Shown here piece after piece: positions 7,737 to 15,477 of a stretch of DNA of 31,232 bases. The notes beneath the pieces are model-generated. The model did no database searches, was not told the origin of the DNA, and saw only the letters and a program-made list of their open reading frames with translations. The stretch's first letter is position 1. The number at the start of each line of letters is the position of its first letter. Where the stretch lies: positions 1 through 31,232 of IMG/VR virus record IMGVR_UViG_3300040985_002723. The stretch is one strand, 5' to 3'. Position numbers and translations under genes: made by a program. The DNA comes from a virus (taxonomy: Duplodnaviria > Caudoviricetes).

Positions 7737-9356
7737 GTGAGTAAGAGGCTAACCAAAGAACAGAAGGTAATGATATATGAGATCCGCCTGTGCAAAGCGG
7801 ACTTCCTGTATTTCTGTCGCAAGTATTTGAAGATTGTTGATGCCAACGGTGACCTGGTTCCGCTAATCCCCAATCAGGCCCAGATGAAGTTCCTGACAGC
7901 TTTTTTGGCAGGTCGACATCATCAGTACATCCTTAAGGCAAGGCAGCGTGGTCTGTCCACCATCATCTCAGCTGTCTACTTCTGGAGAGCCCTATTCAAT
8001 CCCAACCACAGTGTTGCTTTGATTGCTCATACAGATGCCGCGGCGATGCGTATCTTCTCCATCTACAAACGCTACTGGCAGTATATGCCTCCATGGTTCA
8101 TGAGCTTTATCTCAGTCACCACCGATTCTGCTCATGGTATGGAATGGAACACCGGTAGCAAGATCGTCTGTTCAACCTCCAACACTGAATCTTTGGCCGG
8201 ATCAACCTTCCAGTCACTGCATCTCTCAGAGTTTGCTAAGTGGCCAAGGATTAGCGAGTCTGTGGCATCGATTCTGCAGACCGCCAGTGGTGAGGCGGCC
8301 ATCATCTTTGAGTTTACTGCCAAAGGTCCTAATGAGGCGCAGTCCATGTGGGCCCAACGAGATGGATACGAGAAGATTTTCATCAGTTGGACAGCCGATG
8401 AGAACGCTGTCTCAGACAGGATTCCTGAGGAGATACCAGAACAGTTCCGTGTCTTCAAGACTCGTTATGAGCTCTCAGATAGGCAACTGAACTGGGCCAT
8501 TGAACAATACGAGTTGAGATGTGCAAACAACATGGCGACGTTCAACCAGGAATATCCCCTTAGTGCTGAGGTTGCTTTCATCACATCTGGTGACAAGTTC
8601 TTCAATGTCTACTACGGTAATGTCTCTGCACAACCAATGACCGGCATCAAGCGATATGCAGATCCGGACAAGTTCACTCCTCACGTAATGGGAATAGATA
8701 CTGCCGGTGGATCAGTAACCGGAGACTTCTCAACCTGGTGTGTCCTTGCTGCTAAAACAGAAAGACGTCCTAGGATCGTCTCAACCCAATACGAAAGAGT
8801 GTCAGTCCTAGAGTTCTCGAAACAAGCGTTACAGGAAGCTAAGAAATATGATGCACTAGTCATAATAGAGCTGAACTACCTAGGTCTCGCAGTCATGGAG
8901 TATTTCAAGAAACATAACTACGGCAAACTCTACATTCGGCAAACATACAGTAGCATAGACAAACGATATGTTCCATCTCATGGATTTGTCACAGGCAACA
9001 AAACTAGATGGGCACTACTAACCAAACTTCAGGAATACATCACCAAGAGATGGCTCGATCCAACAGACAATCGATTGAAGAATGAGATCAATACCTTTGC
9101 CTACAATGATGCTGGTCGACCAGACCACCAACCTGGAAAGCACGATGACCTAATCTTTGCGACAGGATTGGCATTGATGGGATTGGATCAGATCAGTTGG
9201 ATGCAAGATGAAATCAGTAAGAAGCCACCTCAGGGTGTAGAACAAATCGTTCGCTGGGAAATGGAGACAGGGAACGTGTGGGAAAACTGGGATTTTGATG
9301 CCAATCGACCCGCAGACGGTGTCTTCACAGGTAGTGAGCTATTGGACTGGAAGTGA
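7737..9356 (+). CDS. terL: Terminase large subunit
   Basis: Adenine-binding PNQAQ, Walker A LKARQRGLST, Walker B LHLSEF, RNase H-like nuclease motifs GIDTAGG, IIELN, HDDLIFA; GTG start. Confidence 0.95.
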   Translation: MSKRLTKEQKVMIYEIRLCKADFLYFCRKYLKIVDANGDLVPLIPNQAQMKFLTAFLAGRHHQYILKARQRGLSTIISAVYFWRALFNPNHSVALIAHTDAAAMRIFSIYKRYWQYMPPWFMSFISVTTDSAHGMEWNTGSKIVCSTSNTESLAGSTFQSLHLSEFAKWPRISESVASILQTASGEAAIIFEFTAKGPNEAQSMWAQRDGYEKIFISWTADENAVSDRIPEEIPEQFRVFKTRYELSDRQLNWAIEQYELRCANNMATFNQEYPLSAEVAFITSGDKFFNVYYGNVSAQPMTGIKRYADPDKFTPHVMGIDTAGGSVTGDFSTWCVLAAKTERRPRIVSTQYERVSVLEFSKQALQEAKKYDALVIIELNYLGLAVMEYFKKHNYGKLYIRQTYSSIDKRYVPSHGFVTGNKTRWALLTKLQEYITKRWLDPTDNRLKNEINTFAYNDAGRPDHQPGKHDDLIFATGLALMGLDQISWMQDEISKKPPQGVEQIVRWEMETGNVWENWDFDANRPADGVFTGSELLDWK

Positions 9357-9412
9357 CAGGAGACACGGAAATAGAAAAGATAGGGGATACTACCTAGGTT
9401 GGTAGAGATGAC

Positions 9413-9433
9413 ATCCAGACACGTTCTGGATAA
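9413..9433. promoter_or_regulatory. Palindromic operator-like site ATCCAGA-N5-TCTGGAT
   Basis: Perfect 7-bp inverted repeat; CCAG-N8-TGGATAA recurs at 14762 and 29886, all intergenic. Confidence 0.5.
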
Positions 9434-9451
9434 AATGAGCAGTATTTGTGA

Positions 9452-9484
9452 TACGTTTCCCCAGTATCTAGATACATAGTTATA
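9452..9484 (+). promoter_or_regulatory. Candidate phage late promoter/activator site, copy 2
   Basis: TTTCCCCAGTATCTAGATA (9456-9474) followed by ATAGTTATA, as in copy 1; upstream of scaffold-capsid. Confidence 0.6.
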
Positions 9485-9541
9485 TGAAGGATGCCACTTT
9501 TCCTGGCCATGCGCCGAAACAAGTGTAGTAGAGAGGCAAAT

Positions 9542-10396
9542 ATGTCGTGGTTAGATAGCGATAAGCTGTCAAAGCTAGCTGACGCCCTAGGCGGAGGCGA
9601 TGAAAATCAGAGTTTGGAAGAAGATAGTGTCACTTATGGAGCCGATACCGCTGAGGTTGAAGTTGACGATGACACCGGTGCGGACGACGATAGTTCCAAT
9701 GATGGCGAACAATCTGATGTCCAGGACGATGCAGAGGAATCTGCGCCAGTTGAGCCTGAACAGGGGAAACCCGAAGATGCAGATCTCTCAAAACGAGCGC
9801 AAAAAAGAATCCAGAAGCTTTTATCGTCACGCAATGATGCCACTCGCAGGGCCAAAGAGCTAGAAGCTCGACTGGCAGAACTTGAGAGTAAGGCAACCCA
9901 GGTGACCGACGACACTTCAACTGATGAGGAAAGCGATGAGGATTTCCTGAAGCGAATCTACGGTGATGAGGACGAAGGTCCATCAGATCCCAGATATGCA
10001 GAGTTGCAACGTTCACATGAACTGCAGCAAAGCCAGCTGAATGAGATCTTGGTTGAGAGAGAAAGAGATGTGCTTAGGCAGGACATTAGTACTGCTGAGG
10101 AGGCTCATCCGGATGTACCCAACCTTAAGGCAATCCTGATCAACGCTGTCATGAAAGATGGTTCGGTTGATGTGCTAGATTTCGCTGAGCAGTATGCCAA
10201 CATGGTGTATGATATCAGAGGAAGTGGCAAGACTGAAACATCAGAGGCAGGGACCGCCGACTCCGGTCCAAGAGCAGTGCCGAGGCCCGCAGCCAAGGGA
10301 ACGAAACCCAGCAGCGGAATGAGGCAAACCAATCAGGCTCCGGTCAGAGATTGGAAAACTGCGCATCAATCCTTCATGGATGCCATCAAGGACTAA
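9542..10396 (+). CDS. Capsid scaffolding protein
   Basis: GAGG SD before ATG 9542; acidic disordered N-terminus, KRAQKRIQKL coiled coil; directly upstream of the capsid gene. Confidence 0.8.
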   Translation: MSWLDSDKLSKLADALGGGDENQSLEEDSVTYGADTAEVEVDDDTGADDDSSNDGEQSDVQDDAEESAPVEPEQGKPEDADLSKRAQKRIQKLLSSRNDATRRAKELEARLAELESKATQVTDDTSTDEESDEDFLKRIYGDEDEGPSDPRYAELQRSHELQQSQLNEILVERERDVLRQDISTAEEAHPDVPNLKAILINAVMKDGSVDVLDFAEQYANMVYDIRGSGKTETSEAGTADSGPRAVPRPAAKGTKPSSGMRQTNQAPVRDWKTAHQSFMDAIKD

Positions 10397-10455
10397 GTCA
10401 CGCAGTGTGATGAGGTCAACTACACAAGCTGCCAAGTGCAGCAAGGATAAATGAA

Positions 10456-11901
10456 ATGGCTGATCTTACTACGTTCTCCGCAGCTCTCCAAGAGTTCTAC
10501 GAGGGAACAATCGAAATGCAACTGGCTGAAGAGGCACATGCCCTTGAGCTGATGGAAAAAATGAGCGTCTCCTGGGCGGGATCGCAGGCTGTTGTAGCTT
10601 GCCACATCGCACGTAACACGGGTGTTGGCGCAATCTCTGACGGTGGTAACCTCCCCTCAGCTGGATCGCAAGGTCTGGTTCGTTTGGTGGCAACTGCTGG
10701 TCGTCTTGCTGGTCGCTTCCAGCTTTCTGGTCCCCTGCAGGCTTCGGCTGACAAGGGCGGAAAGAATGCCTTCGCGGCAGCGGTTGATGTTGAAATGAAG
10801 GGTCTCTCTGAGAACATTCGTAACATCTCCAATCGTCTATGCTTCTGGGGTGGACGCTGCAAGGGTTGGATCAATGAGCACAAGGCACACGCTGCAACGA
10901 CTTCGGCCGCTGCAACGATCTTGGCTCCTGCTTCCTCAGATGGAACTTGGGAGTTCTCAGGTGATTACACAACCTTCACCGACGCTGGTGTTGCTAACAA
11001 CACTTCCCTGACTGCTGGTGCTTCCACCACGTGGGTTCAGGTTGGTATGTTCCGCAATGACACCTATGATGATCACGCTGCAACGCTGACTGCTGGTGGT
11101 ACTGCCGCTGGTACAGCAATCTTCGTGAGTGCGGTTGATACCACAACTCAGCGCATTCAGCTCTCGGTCATCACCGACGACGCTGGTGGTCTGGGTGCCG
11201 GTTCAACTTTGGACACGGACACCGGTATTGCTAAGGGCGAGGGTTTCACTCTCTACCTGAAGCTGACCCAGTTCGTTCTGGTTGGTGGTGCTGATGTTGG
11301 TCTCAACTTCGGTCAGGTCGTATCGTATGCCAACGAGCCCGTGGGAATCTGCGGTAACCTCGGTGACAACAGTCACTTCGACGTGATTCGCGATGACACC
11401 CCCGCAGTGACAGCCGCAGACAACCTGCAGAGCCAGATCCTGACTGCTAACGCTTCAGGTGACAACTCTAGAGTTGATCTTGCCCTCAGCATGTTTGAGC
11501 AGGTCAATGATTCCATTACGCTGAAGAGCGATATGGACGCTGACATTATCATCATGCACCCGACCATGCGTCAGAACTATGTTGCATTGCTCCAGGGCGT
11601 GCTTCAGGTTGACAACCGCGAAGGTAAGGCGAAGGCAGACGGCGGATTCGGCGGCGGACTGAGCTACGGCTCGACCCCCATCGTTACCTCCCGACACATG
11701 GGCCGCGGAGCTCTGGTGTTCATGCTGAAAAACAAGTGGAAGTTCCTCGAGCTGAAAAAGGCCGGCTTCCGCGATCAAGGTGGTGGAGTTCTCCAGCCCC
11801 TCGAAGGTTCAGACAACGTTCAAGGTGTCCACTTGTGGTACTACGAGCAAATGTGCATCCGACCCAATGCTAATGCAGTATTGTGCGGCTTGAACATCTA
11901 A
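10456..11901 (+). CDS. Major capsid protein (HK97 fold) with large insertion domain
   Basis: Follows the scaffold; ALQEFY N-terminus, IIIMHP, C-terminal CIRPNANAVL; highly-expressed-type codon bias (GGT/GCT/AAC); terminator downstream. Confidence 0.85.
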   Translation: MADLTTFSAALQEFYEGTIEMQLAEEAHALELMEKMSVSWAGSQAVVACHIARNTGVGAISDGGNLPSAGSQGLVRLVATAGRLAGRFQLSGPLQASADKGGKNAFAAAVDVEMKGLSENIRNISNRLCFWGGRCKGWINEHKAHAATTSAAATILAPASSDGTWEFSGDYTTFTDAGVANNTSLTAGASTTWVQVGMFRNDTYDDHAATLTAGGTAAGTAIFVSAVDTTTQRIQLSVITDDAGGLGAGSTLDTDTGIAKGEGFTLYLKLTQFVLVGGADVGLNFGQVVSYANEPVGICGNLGDNSHFDVIRDDTPAVTAADNLQSQILTANASGDNSRVDLALSMFEQVNDSITLKSDMDADIIIMHPTMRQNYVALLQGVLQVDNREGKAKADGGFGGGLSYGSTPIVTSRHMGRGALVFMLKNKWKFLELKKAGFRDQGGGVLQPLEGSDNVQGVHLWYYEQMCIRPNANAVLCGLNI

Positions 11902-11928
11902 GTTCTGTCCCCTGCGTCTAAGACTTTG

Positions 11929-11959
11929 GTGGGGGCCCTCAAACGGGGGCCCCCACTTT
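11929..11959 (+). terminator. Rho-independent terminator after the capsid gene
   Basis: GTGGGGGCCCTC-AAAC-GGGGGCCCCCAC-TTT; short U tract. Confidence 0.75.
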
Positions 11960-11996
11960 AGCAACAGACAGATACTTATCCCTAGGAGAACGTCAA

Positions 11997-12317
11997 ATGA
12001 TTATAGCCATCCTGGCACTAGTGATCTTCCAGCTAGCTCTTTCATTCTATCTGGTCCATCGGACCCGATGTGCATTAGAGGCTGGCGTTGCCCGAGAGAT
12101 TCAAACAATGCTTCGATTGACGGACATCAAAAACATAGTCGTCAACTTGTCCTATGATCACATAGCTCTTCAGCATGCTGAACAAGAAAGGGTGGAGGCA
12201 GAAGATGATGCCGATGAAGATTCAGTGCCGGCAGATGGTGTCTTCTTGACTCACATGGGTGTTGATAAGTTTGACCTTCCAGGCGGTAAGTCTGGAGGTT
12301 CCTCCTGGAGGAAATAA
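11997..12317 (+). CDS. N-terminally membrane-anchored hypothetical protein
   Basis: AGGAG SD; hydrophobic first 20 aa; acidic C-terminal half. Confidence 0.7.
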   Translation: MIIAILALVIFQLALSFYLVHRTRCALEAGVAREIQTMLRLTDIKNIVVNLSYDHIALQHAEQERVEAEDDADEDSVPADGVFLTHMGVDKFDLPGGKSGGSSWRK

Positions 12318-12319
12318 GA

Positions 12320-12748
12320 ATGAGTGAAGATAAGAATGCTTTTGCTGGTGAGCTTTCAAGCGAATCAAAAGAACACAAAGAGAGGATGCGTCGACAGGCT
12401 GCGTCCAAAATGGCACAAGAAGAGCACTCGAGCGGTGTCACCTCAATCACCAAGCCAGCCGGTACCATTTTGGGTGCAATCATCGGTACATACTTTGGTG
12501 GTGCTGCAGGTGGAAAGCTAGGTGCTTCAGCCGGCAACAAGGCAGGCAGCGGATTTGGTAAGCTTGCAGCTGGTGAGGATTCTGGTGACTCATTGAAAGA
12601 AGCTCTGGTTCCAGATCGCAGTACAGCTGAGGCATTCGGCGGATTCATCGGCGACAAGGTTGGAGCCAAGGTTGGAGCCAAAGACGGTGTCAAAGGTGCA
12701 GCCAAAGCCGGTAAGGCATTCAATGCAGCTCCGAAGGTGGCAAAATAA
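12320..12748 (+). CDS. Gly/Ala-rich glycine-zipper protein (possible pilot/ejection protein)
   Basis: GTILGAIIGTYFGGAAGGKLGASAG GxxxG repeats; GGAGG SD; TAATG coupling to portal; 12-bp tandem repeat at 12655-12678. Confidence 0.6.
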   Translation: MSEDKNAFAGELSSESKEHKERMRRQAASKMAQEEHSSGVTSITKPAGTILGAIIGTYFGGAAGGKLGASAGNKAGSGFGKLAAGEDSGDSLKEALVPDRSTAEAFGGFIGDKVGAKVGAKDGVKGAAKAGKAFNAAPKVAK

Positions 12749-14682
12749 TGGCAAATCGAAAAGGTCAAGAGCTCAAAGCTTTCATTAAAGAATCAGTCAC
12801 TAACAAGCAACCCTTTAAAATGGAGTGGGACGTAGCTCGACATTATCTGAGGGGTCGACAGTATCTCTCATTTGATAGAATCCGCCAGGAGTTTGCTCCG
12901 GTCACCAGGCAGAAGCTGAAAGACCGAGTGGTCACCAACAGAATCCTTCCCCACTATCGAACGGTTGTCTCCAAACTTCAGGTGGTATACCCATCGATTG
13001 GTATTGCACCATCATCTCCTAGTTTGGAAGACATCAAGAAGGCACGCCTCAATGAATATCTAGTTCAGTATTACTGGGGCATTGAGAAGCTAAAGTATGT
13101 CATTGGTGATTTCATCGATTGGTTGACCCTAACAGGAACTGCCGGCTTGATGTCTTACTACGATCCTGAAGAGGAGAAGGTGGTTCCACGAGCGATTAGT
13201 CCGTATGATCTCTTCTTCGAAGCCAATGCATCCTCAGTTGATGAGACACAGTTCGTTGCTGTTAGGTCATTCGTACTTCGTTCAGATCTAGAAGATGCTT
13301 ACGAAGAGCATGCTGAGAAGATCAAGACAGTTTCTGCGGCAGGAAATGAGAACAATCAAGGTGGGTTTGATGACAACCCTCAGCCAAAGGACAGGATTGA
13401 AATCTTCGAGATGTATTTCAAGGACGGTTCAATCTACGTCCTGATGGATTCAGAGATCCTCTTTGAGGACAAGATGCCAGAAGGTATCATCCCAATCGCA
13501 GTTGCCACCTACACAGACATTCCTGGAGAGATCTGGGGAATGGGATTGGTTGCTCCTTTGATTGGTCTACAGGATCAATACAACGAGTTCAGAACCCAAC
13601 AGAAGAAGGCCATTCGTCTTTGCACCAATCCAAAGGTGCTATTGAATCGAGCTGGCAACGTATCATCTCAGGCATTTACTGATCGTGATGGCGAGAAGAT
13701 TTACTTCGATGCTGGTGGCAAACCTGAGTACATGGCACTCAATCACCTACCAACTGATGTTGACAACAACCTGACCAAACTTGAGATTGAAATGAATGAT
13801 GTCTCAGGTATTCAGCAAACAACGCTCGGAAAGGCCGCTGGTGGTGTAACCTCCGGTGTTGCCATTCAGGCTTTGGCTGAGAAGAGCGCATCACAGCTTT
13901 CAATGACACAACAGAATATTGAAAGGGCAGTTGGTGAGCATGCATCACATGTCCTGGTTCTGATGAAGGCATTCTACACTGAAGATATTATGGTCAAGAT
14001 GCTTGACGGCCTAGGCAACATCATCCATGACACGCTGGAGAATACAGATATCATGGACGCACCGGAAATCACCATCGAAGCAGGTTCCCTCTTCAGGAAC
14101 GAGATTCAGGACCGTGATAACAAGGTCTTGCAGCTGATGCAGATGGAAATGATTGACAAAGAGACAGCCATGAAAGAGCTCTCCTTCAAGACGGGCAACC
14201 GATACCTGATGGAGAAGATGATGGCTGTTGCTCATGCCCAAGAGATTCTGGAGGTTGCCAAGCTGGCACCCATCTCAGGGATTGAAGGTGTTGCACCTGG
14301 ACAGGGCGTTGAGACAATCAAGATTAAGGCAACCGATGATCTGAAGGCTTTCAAAGAGGTCTTCAGTGAGTTTGTCAAGACCCCAGAGTTCTACCAACTT
14401 AGCGTGGAACGACAGGACTTCATCGATACCATCTTGGACAGCATCGTCACATTCGGTCAGCCGGTTGAGCAGTTCCAGAAACGACGTCAGGAGCAGGTTT
14501 ACCCAAGACAGACCCGCGATCCTGAGGAGTTGGTTGGACAGATTGCTGCGGTTGATGATATCGCCTCAGCTGCACAAATGACTGATGCAACGCGTGAGAT
14601 GATGATGAGAGGGAGTCAGATTGATGCTGTTGAGCAAGGTGCCCAGAACTCAGTCTCAGTCACACCAGAAGATCTAGGATAA
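12748..14682 (+). CDS. Portal protein (P22-like)
   Basis: 644 aa; YLRGRQY, VTNRI, ISPYDLFFE, WGMGLVAPLIGLQDQYN, NPKVL, DVSGIQ, TSGVAI. Confidence 0.9.
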   Translation: MANRKGQELKAFIKESVTNKQPFKMEWDVARHYLRGRQYLSFDRIRQEFAPVTRQKLKDRVVTNRILPHYRTVVSKLQVVYPSIGIAPSSPSLEDIKKARLNEYLVQYYWGIEKLKYVIGDFIDWLTLTGTAGLMSYYDPEEEKVVPRAISPYDLFFEANASSVDETQFVAVRSFVLRSDLEDAYEEHAEKIKTVSAAGNENNQGGFDDNPQPKDRIEIFEMYFKDGSIYVLMDSEILFEDKMPEGIIPIAVATYTDIPGEIWGMGLVAPLIGLQDQYNEFRTQQKKAIRLCTNPKVLLNRAGNVSSQAFTDRDGEKIYFDAGGKPEYMALNHLPTDVDNNLTKLEIEMNDVSGIQQTTLGKAAGGVTSGVAIQALAEKSASQLSMTQQNIERAVGEHASHVLVLMKAFYTEDIMVKMLDGLGNIIHDTLENTDIMDAPEITIEAGSLFRNEIQDRDNKVLQLMQMEMIDKETAMKELSFKTGNRYLMEKMMAVAHAQEILEVAKLAPISGIEGVAPGQGVETIKIKATDDLKAFKEVFSEFVKTPEFYQLSVERQDFIDTILDSIVTFGQPVEQFQKRRQEQVYPRQTRDPEELVGQIAAVDDIASAAQMTDATREMMMRGSQIDAVEQGAQNSVSVTPEDLG

Positions 14683-14695
14683 GGATGAAAGACGT

Positions 14696-14775
14696 CACGT
14701 TGTTGCTGGATGGAAGGACACAAGAGATGGTAGTTACTACCTTCCACATTACAGAGTCTGTCCAGCAACAACGTG
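14696..14775 (+). other. Structured intergenic RNA element, 15-bp perfect outer stem
   Basis: CACGTTGTTGCTGGA (14696-14710) pairs with TCCAGCAACAACGTG (14761-14775); inner TGGAAGG/CCTTCCA. Confidence 0.7.
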
Positions 14776-14793
14776 GATAACAGGAGATAAGAT

Positions 14794-15468
14794 ATGGCAT
14801 TGCTAGAAGACCAACTAACACGATTCAAACTCTATTCGTCAGAGTCTGACTTCGCTGCGTTGTCTGACACTGAAATGGCTTCGATGCTACGAGATGGCTA
14901 TCGAGAGTTTAGACAGTATGTGTCAGCACGATCACCTTCGATATATGAGACATCGGAATCTTACACGTTGTCGAATGTTCGAGAGCTAGATCTCAGCACG
15001 ACTGCACCCATCATCATGGGGAGTGGTGTTCTGGCAACCTCAAGCAGGGTTGTGACAATCAACACAATCGCAGTCATGAGTGGGAATGAAATCATCTACG
15101 TCATGGATGGATGCAGTTCGTTGAAGCAGCTCGAGAATAGTGGAATCTCTTACTACCCACAATACATGCTAACCAACAACACCCTCAGGTTTGACCGAGA
15201 CATGACCGGAACAATCAAAATCAACTACCTGGGTGAGGATGGAACTGATTACACGAAGTTCAACTCTGGTGATAATGAATACGTTGAATGCAAAGGATTT
15301 GATGATGTGCCGGTTCTGATGGCCTACTCTCAGTATGCAATCTTTGATACGGCAGAGAATAGCCCACTTCTGAGGCAACTCGAGAATAGAAAGGGTGACA
15401 TCCGAAGATGGGCAGAGATGCTGGACGGTAATCGATACATCGTCGAGACACGACGGGATTGGATCTAA
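14794..15468 (+). CDS. Head-tail adaptor (tail tubular protein A-like)
   Basis: AGGAG SD; about 220 aa with helix-beta-helix layout, between portal and nozzle. Confidence 0.65.
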   Translation: MALLEDQLTRFKLYSSESDFAALSDTEMASMLRDGYREFRQYVSARSPSIYETSESYTLSNVRELDLSTTAPIIMGSGVLATSSRVVTINTIAVMSGNEIIYVMDGCSSLKQLENSGISYYPQYMLTNNTLRFDRDMTGTIKINYLGEDGTDYTKFNSGDNEYVECKGFDDVPVLMAYSQYAIFDTAENSPLLRQLENRKGDIRRWAEMLDGNRYIVETRRDWI

Positions 15469-15477
15469 GGAGCAACG

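Noticed and set aside
11752-11760. Programmed -1 frameshift in the capsid gene (CTG AAA AAG)
   Set aside because: Not a full X-XXY-YYZ heptamer and no long alternative-frame extension in the ORF track
12142-12768. 208-aa minus-strand ORF and the many other antisense/alternate-frame ORFs (e.g. 29601-30077 +, 26357-26833 -, 27449-27922 -)
   Set aside because: Shadows of well-supported genes; no recognisable motifs
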